A stretch of DNA of 32,000 nucleotides. It comes from Isochrysis galbana (Eukaryota). Shown here one piece after another: positions 21,493 through 29,814 of the stretch. The position numbers and the translations under genes are program-made. The notes beneath the pieces are model-generated. The model had not been told where the DNA came from, did not search any database, and saw only the letters and a list, made by a program, of their open reading frames with translations. Numbering within the stretch: position 1 is the stretch's first letter; the number at the start of each line of letters is the position of its first letter. Location: contig CM030941.1 of the NCBI GenBank assembly GCA_018136815.1, positions 467,528 to 499,527 of the forward strand, read 5' to 3'.

Positions 21493-21807
21493 ATGTATGA
21501 GTCCGACATCATGGGCGACTCGCCGTGCGCCATCGACAAACTCATCGCTCGCATCGCGCTTTGGCTGCGCCCGGGCGCACACATGCCCGCCCTCAGCACC
21601 ACCTCCTACCCCCTTACGGTCGCCGCCGCCTCCTTCTCCAACTCCGGCTGCTTCGTCTGTGGCGAGCGCACTTGCTCCGCCCGCACTTGCCCCCGCCATT
21701 GTCCGCGCCGGTCGGGCAAGGCGGCCGGCCTCTCGTACTTTATCTACACCGACCCTTCGGGTCGCATCTACCGCTCGCGCGTGCAGGTGGAGAGGGCGCT
21801 CGCGTGA
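21493..21807 (+). CDS. Small ORF with a Cys-rich segment and a methyl-CpG-binding-domain (MBD)-like C-terminus
   Basis: PRRSGKAAGLSYFIYTDPSGRIYRSRVQVERAL aligns with human MBD2 [33 protein letters not shown], about 14 of 33 residues identical. Third codon positions are strongly C/G-biased, like the other genes. The frame is open upstream to about 21352, so the true start or 5' exon is unresolved. Confidence 0.4.
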   Translation: MYESDIMGDSPCAIDKLIARIALWLRPGAHMPALSTTSYPLTVAAASFSNSGCFVCGERTCSARTCPRHCPRRSGKAAGLSYFIYTDPSGRIYRSRVQVERALA

Positions 21808-22751
21808 GCCGCCGCGAAGCGGGCGTCCGCGTGCTCGCTTTTCTAGCAAATCTGACAACTTTCCGCGCACGGGGGTAACGGGGGGAAACAACCCCCCCTC
21901 CACCAGCCCCGCCAGCCGAGACCATAGGACCACGTTGCGCAAAATGTCTCCCTTCTCCATGGCTGTGTTTCAAGGCATGTGTCACGGCACCATGCCCAAG
22001 TGGCCGTGCTTGCATAGTGTTTTCGTACATAACGTTATTTATAGAGAGTGTCACTTTGAAACTCGCGACGATTCAGATACACTACACACACAACTCGTCG
22101 ACACCCAGTGGACCCAGCCCGAATCGAGTGACTGGGGTGTGGTTCCACATAGGTGAAGTGTCAAGTAAGCTCCAGGCGAAAACGGAAGGTGCAAGCAGGG
22201 ATGGGTGTAAATGAACGCGTTCTGAAGTTCTGAACGCTTCTGCTAGTCTGAGGGCTGAGGGGTGTCTTATGATCCAATATGCATAGCACCAAGCCTGGTA
22301 GACCTAGTGAGCTGGCGACAGAAATTTGCTCTCGTCTTTCGATAATTGTGCCTTGCATGAAGGGCCTCACTAAAAATATACCGGAGGGGGGCCGACTGTA
22401 TTTCGCGCACCGCCGTCGAAGGCCTGAAATTCGGTATTTTTCGAAGATTTCTATGGAGGACCCCCACTTTCCACTTCCACTTTTTTTTTGGTGATTCATA
22501 CTACCGGAACGCATAGGGAGCTTATTTAGCCCTTCATTCACCCATTGCAGCTGGTGCCCTCCGCACCCCCATAGTGAGTGACCGGGCTACAAATTTGCTC
22601 AACCCTGAGATGGTCATTTTCTTACTCTTACCCCGCCTAAAAAAAACCAGTTCGCTCACCCTACAATCCACCCAAAGTACCCCAACCCAACGCACCAACC
22701 CGACCTCAATCCACCCTAACCCAACTCACCACCTCGACCCCAACTCACCAT

Positions 22752-22813
22752 CCCGACGAGTAGGAGTAAAGTAGTACCTGACACTCAGCACCCCGACGAG
22801 TAGGAGTAAAGTA
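22752..22813 (+). repeat. Direct repeat: cccgacgagtaggagtaaagta twice, 40-bp period
   Basis: Copies at 22752-22773 and 22792-22813, read directly. Confidence 0.6.
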
Positions 22814-22977
22814 CTCGCTGACAGGTGATCCGACTGAAGGAGTGGAAAAGTACCGGCGGGGGCCTTGTGCGGCTTTTCGCGCCATTTCCCGCGCCCAGTG
22901 TCCCCCCCCCCCCGCCTTCCCCCGCCTTCCCCCGCCCCCCCCGGCCGCCGCCGCATCGCGGGCCACCCACTCTTTCT

Positions 22978-23143
22978 CTCTCTTCTCTCTTCTCTCTTCT
23001 CTCTTCTCTCTTCTCTCTTCTCTCTTCTCTCTTCTCTCTTCTCTCTTCTCTCTTCTCTCTTCTCTCTTCTCTCTTCTCTCTTCTCTCTTCTCTCTTCTCT
23101 CTTCTCTCTTCTCTCTTCTCTCTTCTCTCTTCTCTCTTCTCTC
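22978..23143 (+). repeat. Heptanucleotide microsatellite (TCTCTTC), about 23 copies
   Basis: Direct reading. It translates as (EERREKR)n on the minus strand and (SLFSLLS)n on the plus strand, which explains ORFs 22726..23265 and 22842..23234. Confidence 0.95.
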
Positions 23144-23224
23144 TCTCCTCCTCCTCTCTCTCCCCTATTCTGTCTCTCCCTCCCTCTCCCTCCCTCCCTC
23201 TCTATCTCCGTCTCCGGCGGCGCG

Positions 23225-26200
23225 ATGGGCCTAGAGAAGGGAGTCCACCTCAAGTTTGCGCACATCGCGGGGCGGGGCGCGATCTGCTACACGCCCGACG
23301 GCAGGTCAGACACCCACTTCTACCGCACCTCACCCAGCTGCGCCTCGGAGGGCCCCCTCCCCATCCCAAACGGCTGGCCAGCGGGTGCTGCTCTTGTGCT
23401 CGCCAACACCTTCTCCCTCCCTCCCTCCCTCTCCCTCTCCTTCTCCTTCTTCTGTCGCTCGGGGTGGGCAGGCACATCATCACGTGTGGTGAGGACACTC
23501 TGGTCAAGGTGTTTGATGCTGACGAGCTTGGTGCCGAACCACGCACCTTTGAGAACCACGAGGCATCAGTGACAGCTCTCGCCATCGACCGCAAGGCGCG
23601 CAAAGGCCACCGGCAGGAAGGGGATAGGTTGGGGGTGGGGGTGGAGCCCCGAGGCTGTGGTGGGAGAGCTGTCACCGGCCTGAAGGGGGATCGAGTCTCC
23701 TGCGCCTCTGGGGGCAGAGCGCTCGACCCAGAGCTACTGGCTTGTTACCGCCTGCCTCATCACTATGATCGCATACACTCCGTTTGCAGGGCGCTCGCTT
23801 CGTCACCGGCACCGATGCCCACATCGCGCAAGTGTTCAACTTCCCTTCTGGTGCGGAGGTGGCGAAGGGGGGGACGGGAGGGGTGCTTGTCGTGCGCTGA
23901 GAGGGAAAACGAAAGGCGATGCGGCCTCGAGGTGGTCGACGCTCGTTGTAGAGCGTCGCACATAGGCCTCGGTGGCGAGAGGTGTACATTGACGCATACC
24001 GGATCCAGCCCTCCCGCACTCACGATGTGTTTGCTAGCCAAGGCCATCAGCAGCACCCTACCCATGTGGTGCGCAGGCGAAGGTCAACGCATCCTCACGC
24101 GGATGCAGTCAGCGATCCGTTCAGTAGCCTTCGATCCGAAGGGAAAGCTTGTGGCAGTTGGTGCGGATGATGGAGCAATCCGTCTCACCATGGTCTCGGC
24201 GGTCGGTTCGCAGTTCGTGTCGGTGAGTGAGCTTCTCCCCGTGCGGAGCACTGCCGCAGTAGCGGTAGGGTGCGGTCGCTTGTCAGTCAGGTCACGCCCA
24301 CCCTTGAAGCGGCCACCTCGCTGGAGCATTGCAGAATACACTGGCCTTTGTGTCCAGCTGCATCGCCCAGCCTTTGTGTTCTCCGCCCCTACTCGCGCGC
24401 AGATCAAGGGCCACACAGACACCATTCTCTGCGTGGCCTTCGATCCAAAGGGAGAATACCTAGCTTCATCCTCGGCCGACGGCACAGTCCGTATCTGGGA
24501 TATTGTTTTGGAGCCAAAGTTGGTAAGCATCTCATCGATCCTTGCTAATCCATACGCGCATGGACGCTAATCCATACGCGCATGGATCTTCAAGGGCCTT
24601 GTGGTCTTGAACCGTGTCCCCGCTATGGCGAGTACCGCATTTTCTGGTGATACGCGATGATGTCTTCACGAGCCATGCCCGCCCATTGCTGATTTGCCAC
24701 CATCGATATGATTGCACAGGTCAAGACAATCCACGTCTGTGGTCGCGTGGCTCCCGGATCCGCCCAAGTGTTGGGCTTCTCGTGGCATCCGAACGGAGAT
24801 TCCCTCGCGATTCCCAAGGTGTTCGGTCGGCTTGTAGCGCGCTTTGGCGCCGCCTGCACTTGCTTGACACGATCACTCTTGCCGCTGCCTCATGGGGCTG
24901 CATCATGCTTCCTCGTGCAAGTCGTTCCTGCCCATGTCGTGCCCACCATTCCGCTCTCAGGGTAGCACGGTCGCCATCCACGAACGCGGCACGTGGGAAG
25001 CGTCGAGTGAATTTCGCGGAGGGCACATCCGCGACGTTTGTGTCTGCGCATATTCGCCTAACGGACGCTACTTGGCCTCTGCCGGTCTGGACAAGCAGGT
25101 GTGTGGTCATGCGCTGCGAACGGCGATGGCGGGCGCCCTTGACCTCCCGATGGTCTTGCTGCGTTTGTTCGGCCATGGCAGCCTTCCCCTGCGTCGTCAT
25201 CCTGCCCGCGCGCCTGCTCCGGATGTGCCGCACAGGTGTTCGTTTGGGATGTCAACGATACCGACTCCCTCGACCGACACAAGGGAGATGCAACCCCATG
25301 TGGTCTCACCTGGTCGCCCATCGGCAACTCGCTGGCCTTCCTTGATGACTCAGGCCAGCTGGCGATGTGGGCAATGCCCATCCCATCACACTACCCCTCG
25401 CCCTTTGGAGATGCCGATGCCGTCGCCGACCCGCCGATCCCAGCTACCTCTGCGGCCGCGTCTGGCGCCAAAGTAAGCACCGTATCAGCCTCTTCCGCTG
25501 CTGCGACCACTGCTTCGGCCGCTGCCGCCTCCACCGCCAGCGCAGCCAGTGGAACGGCGGCAGCCCCTGCTTCTATCAACGATTCGGCCGATGGCGATGC
25601 TGGCGCTCAAGACGCCGACGCCGGGAATTCTCGACGTCGGCTCCGCAAGGTCGTTCATGATTCTGACGATGGGGGCTTCTCCGATCACGACGATGATGAG
25701 GCCGTCGAGGCCGCCCTTCTAGCTGAACAGCTCCGGATGCATGGCGCCAACCGCGCCGGCGCAACGGGTAGCCTGGCACAAGGCGCCACAGGTCGCTCCG
25801 ATGGTGCAGGGGCAGGCGTGGCCGGGTTGAGCAAGGCGGCAGCAGCTCTGCTTGCCGGAGCGCCACTCATTCGCGCCAATGCGCAACCAGTGCTACACTC
25901 CTCCTCAACTCCAGCCAAAAATTCGCGCCGTTTTCTCCTGTGGAATCTCACTGGCATGGTCCTCTCGCGTGACGAGAACACGTACTCGGCCATCGAGGTG
26001 CGATCATTGCCTACGCCTCGCACGCTGCGAAGCGTGGGCACACTCCACTGTAGAATGAAAATGCACTCTTCGAAAAGTGCTTTCGGTGCGCCCAGCGTGC
26101 TGCCATTCTCGCAATGCAAAGGCAGATTCGCCTAGCTTAACCCTGCACGCCGCGCAGGTCGAGTTTAATGATGCCTCACTCCACCGAACCATGCGGCTCA

Positions 26201-28430
26201 CTGATCACTATGGCTTCTCGATGGCGGCCCTCGATGAGGCTGCGGTCGTCTTTGCCTCGAAGGCGAACAACGGCAATCCCTCGACGCTCGTATACCGCCC
26301 CTTGGCGTCTTGGGCGCCGCACTCGGATTGGCAGGCGCGTTGGCAACCGGTGAAGGGTGGCGTGTTACACAGGCTGTCGTAGCTCTCGAGCGCACGCAAG
26401 GAAATTGAGGACCGCCCCTGACCGTTCAAGCAGAGGGATATGCTGACGACCTCATTCACTGCCTGCCCCGCGGCCAATAGGTTCAATTCGAAAAGGGCGA
26501 GGAGGCGCTCGCAGTTGCTGTCGGCCACAAGTTCGCGGCTGTCGCAACCACAGCTCGCTACCTGCGTATCTACTCGCACACCGGTGCCACACGTACCCTC
26601 TTGTGCTATTCTGGCCCTCTCGTCGCCCTCGCAGCCTCCCGAGGTTTGTTAGCCATCGTCACACACGCTGGAAGCTCTGCTGTTGATGACGATCAGGTGA
26701 CGCTCTCCCACCTTGATTGCCCATTGGCAGTGTCTCTCCTTGACTACCACGATCCCATAACGTGGAGCTCTATGCACACCCCCCGTCCCCTCCTTTCATT
26801 AGGCCATGACAGTCACGCTCTATGACCTCCGCGAGCCCTCCCGACCCGTGCGTTTGGCCTCTGAGCCGCTGCCCCTCTCGCCGGCCGCTACACTGGACTG
26901 GGTCGGATTCTCAGACGCTGGCGCTCTCTCAACCGTCGATTCTTTAGGAGTTGTTCGTCAGGTGAGGAGGGCCGTCCTAGCACTTTGCCCTCCGCCGAAA
27001 AGGACTCTCCGCGAGCGCGTAAGAAAATGCCACCACCCCTTATCTGTGCTCTCCCCCGTCCATCCTGCATGCCGCAGTGCCTCCGCTCCGCGGGATTCGC
27101 ATGGGCGCCTATCCTCCACTGCGCATCGCTGAAAAAGTCGAAGAGCGAGCATCACTGGATCGTTGGACTGACGACCACGCAACTCATGTGCGTCCTTTGC
27201 AAGGGCGAGGATCGCTACCCGGCGACATTGCCCAGGCCTGTGCTACAGGCCCTCCCACTAGGCATGCCGCTGGCCTGCTCGGACGCAATCGACCCATCGA
27301 TCGACGCGCAGCGCCTCGCTGCGTCCATTGAGCTCGACGAATACCGCCTCGCTACCGAGGAGGCGGGCGTCGGCGAGGAGATGGCCAGGGAGCATATGGT
27401 GAGAGAATACGCCCGCGCCCTTGCTGAAGACGTCGAAACGCAGCCTATGTGCGCCACGTTACTTAATGAGGTGCACACTTGACCCTGAATGGTCGATTCT
27501 GGCGGTCGTTCCCTCGTCGCCTCTGCTATGGCTCCCAACTAGTTTCTTGAGGGCTGGGAGATGATATCGACTCAATCCATCGTACTTGCCACAAGTGCTC
27601 TCGTGGAGCCCAACGCCCAACCCACGCTCGTCTACCTCAGATGCGCTTGATCACCAAAATCGACTCGTTGTCGCTCAAACTCTTCCAGGCCGCGAATAAA
27701 GCTGAGCGCAATGCTCGCGCTCTCGATCTAGCGATGCAACTTCAATTGCCCAAGTCCATCCACGGAGCGCTTAAGCTTGCCAACCACTTCAAGCTGGGCC
27801 AGCTCGCAGAGCGGATCACGAAGTGAGTGGCAGTAGAGGCTCCGGTCTGGCCCTGATGGATCGGCCATGCCAAAGGCATGACCTGCTTGGATGCCCACTT
27901 ACCCAACCCCGCCCCCCCGCCGTCACGTGCGAGAGCATATGTGTAGGGCAATAGCATGTGGCTTTGGAACGCTTGTTAGATCCCCTTGCCATGTCTAAAC
28001 GATTGATCTCGCGCTCGCCCCTTGCAAATGATGCAGGCTACTTGAAGCAAAACACGACGACGCAGAGCTCGACGATGATATAGAGGCTGCGCCTCAACGT
28101 GCCGTTGCGCCGACCCAACGGCCCAGGCCTGTCGCAGTCGCAAACAATGCCACGGCCTCTCGGCCCGCAGCCCCACAGCAACTAGCGGATGAGGCAACCA
28201 CCGCGGACGCGGATGCGGACGATGAGGATGGCGCCCCTGAAGACCCGCCGGCGCCCACCCGTCCACGCTCGGGTCCTCCGCCGGTTCTGAATCCCTTTGC
28301 CAAAAGCAATACGGCAGCCGGAGGCAAGAGTGTGCTCGAGCTCGGGAGTACCGGTACCCCTACAACGGGCAAGGCGACCAAGCGTAAGGCTATCGTTACG
28401 GAAGGCGCTGCGGCTAAGAAAGCGAGGTGA
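23225..28430 (+). CDS. CTF4: CTF4 / AND-1 / WDHD1 homologue (replisome adaptor: N-terminal WD40, SepB-type beta-propeller, helical C-terminus), no HMG box
   Basis: 14-exon model totalling 3066 nt (1022 codons, in frame). Exons: 23225-23304, 23472-23595 (alt -23634 or -23640), 23790-23850, 24077-24222, 24403-24522, 24720-24818, 24961-25098, 25236-25997, 26158-26349, 26481-26696, 26803-26961, 27078-27470 (alt -27398), 27641-27822, 28037-28430. Collinear by eye with human WDHD1. ILTRMQSAIRSVAFDPKG matches ILTRFTTNANHVVFNGDG. KGHTDTILCVAFDPKGEYLASSSADGTVRIWD matches RGHDAPVLSLSFDPKDIFLASASCDGSVRVWQ. AIEVEFND matches AIDVEFHD. PLPLSPAATLDWVGFSDAG matches PLPLTRKSYLAWIGFSAEG. KGEDRYPATLPRP matches KGSRFPPTLPRP. 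Confidence 0.85.
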
Positions 28431-29177
28431 AGTGTTTTCGCAACCATTGGTCTCATCAGAAGACGATGGACTGGACGACGCGCGAGACCAGCCACGTCCT
28501 GCGGTGCATGTAGCGTGAGCCCGGCAAATGAATGTGTTTCATTATCAAGGCTAGTACGAGGAAGTTGTGCGCCCGGAAACGGAAGATACCGGGCAATTGG
28601 TTGTGGAATCAACAGAGCCGAAAAAAAGTCCGAGCGACACGGTATACCGGCGGCGGAAGAGAGTGAAGGTGCGGGGCCGTGAGGTTTCGTGGCTTAGCGC
28701 TTCCGCGTGAACGAGCAGGGTGCCGTATAGCTTGCTTGTGCTTTCGCTAGAGTTCGCCATACTTGCAGCGCTGCCTACTTGCAGCGCTGCCTTCGCCTTT
28801 CAATCCCTATGGCTAGGACGTGTCTAGTGTCTAGCTACCATAGCTACTGCGCACTGTCAACTTACGTTCACACACTATCACTATCGTTAAAGCGATGGGG
28901 ATAGGAGCGCGCGCCACTCCCCTCCTCGCTCCCGCTACCAAGCCGCCGCTGCGGCAGATCGGCCGCCACCATGACAGACCCCGCGCCGCCAAAGCGGCAG
29001 GCCGAGAGGGCGCCACAGTCATCCAGGTGCACGCAAGCATCGGTCCGTGCCTCCTCGCCTCCTCCCATTGGCAATGCCATTGGCCCGGGCGTATCGGTAT
29101 CGGGTAGAAAAGTAGACACGCCTGACGCCTGACGCACCCCCCCCCCCACTTCTTCTCTCTTCTCTCTCGGCGTTGAG

Positions 29178-29280
29178 AAATTGTAGTCTTGTAGAGCGTA
29201 GAGCATCTTGTTGGCCTAGCATCCCCAGCTTCACACAGCGGACGAGCCATGCGCCAACCGCGCACACCCCCATCGCGGGG
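29178..29280 (+). repeat. Interspersed repeat family R2, copy 2
   Basis: aattgtagtcttgtagagcgtagagc...acagcggacgagccatgcgccaaccgcgcaca...catcgcgggg aligns with 1574-1696. Confidence 0.6.
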
Positions 29281-29311
29281 TAGAGGGCCTTAGGGCCTTA
29301 GACCTTAGAGG

Positions 29312-29521
29312 CCTAGATGGGAAATACGGTGCTGGGGCCTGCAACCTGCAAACAAACTGCAAATACAGCCAAATACATATGTATTTGGCCTCCGGCCAAA
29401 TACATTTCAAATACATTCGAGGCCTACAACCTAGGACGCGCTTGAAATACAGCCAAATACATATGTGTTTGACCTCTGGCCAAATACGGTAACGGTAGAT
29501 ACGTATTTCCCATCTTCTAGG
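29312..29521. mobile_element. MITE-like foldback element (210 bp) with imperfect terminal inverted repeats and an 8-bp flanking direct repeat
   Basis: The left end is cctagatgggaaatacg. The reverse complement of the right end is cctagaagatgggaaatacg. cttagagg lies on both flanks (29304-29311 and 29522-29529). An internal perfect palindrome is gccaaatacatatgtatttggc. Confidence 0.6.
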
Positions 29522-29624
29522 CTTAGAGGGGCTCCGTGGCCGTCGGAACGAAGGGCTACGGTCCCTCAGCACTAGGATTAAACCAGCACCGACCAAAAAA
29601 AAACTCTCACACACAACTACTCGG

Positions 29625-29805
29625 CTCCATTTCTCTCCCCTCTCCCCACTTTTCCCTCTCTCTCCCTCTCTCTCTCTCTCTTCTCCTCTCTTCTCTCTCT
29701 CTTCTCCTCTTTTTCTCTCTCTCTTCTATTCTCTCTCTCTTCTCCTCTCTTCTCTCTCTCTCTCTCCCCTCTCCCCCCTACTCCCCCCTTCTCTCTCTCT
29801 CTCTG
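29625..29805 (+). repeat. CT-rich low-complexity tract directly upstream of the SAM-TPR start codon
   Basis: Direct reading. It explains the Glu/Arg/Lys-rich minus-strand ORF 29617..30135. Confidence 0.8.
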
Positions 29806-29814
29806 GTGGCTCCG

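Noticed and set aside
22726-23265. Minus-strand ORF encoding (EERREKR)n
   Set aside because: This is a translation of the (TCTCTTC)n microsatellite, with no flanking coding signal.
22825-24570. 581-aa ORF, the third-longest in the track
   Set aside because: Its N-terminal ~130 aa translate the heptamer and CT microsatellites. Much of the rest reads through CTF4 introns. Only the segments matching exons 2, 4 and 5 are real coding sequence.
28094-28612. 172-aa minus-strand ORF
   Set aside because: It is antisense to the last CTF4 exon, whose plus-strand frame continues the homology (LLEAKHDD...VLNPFAK...KKAR*).
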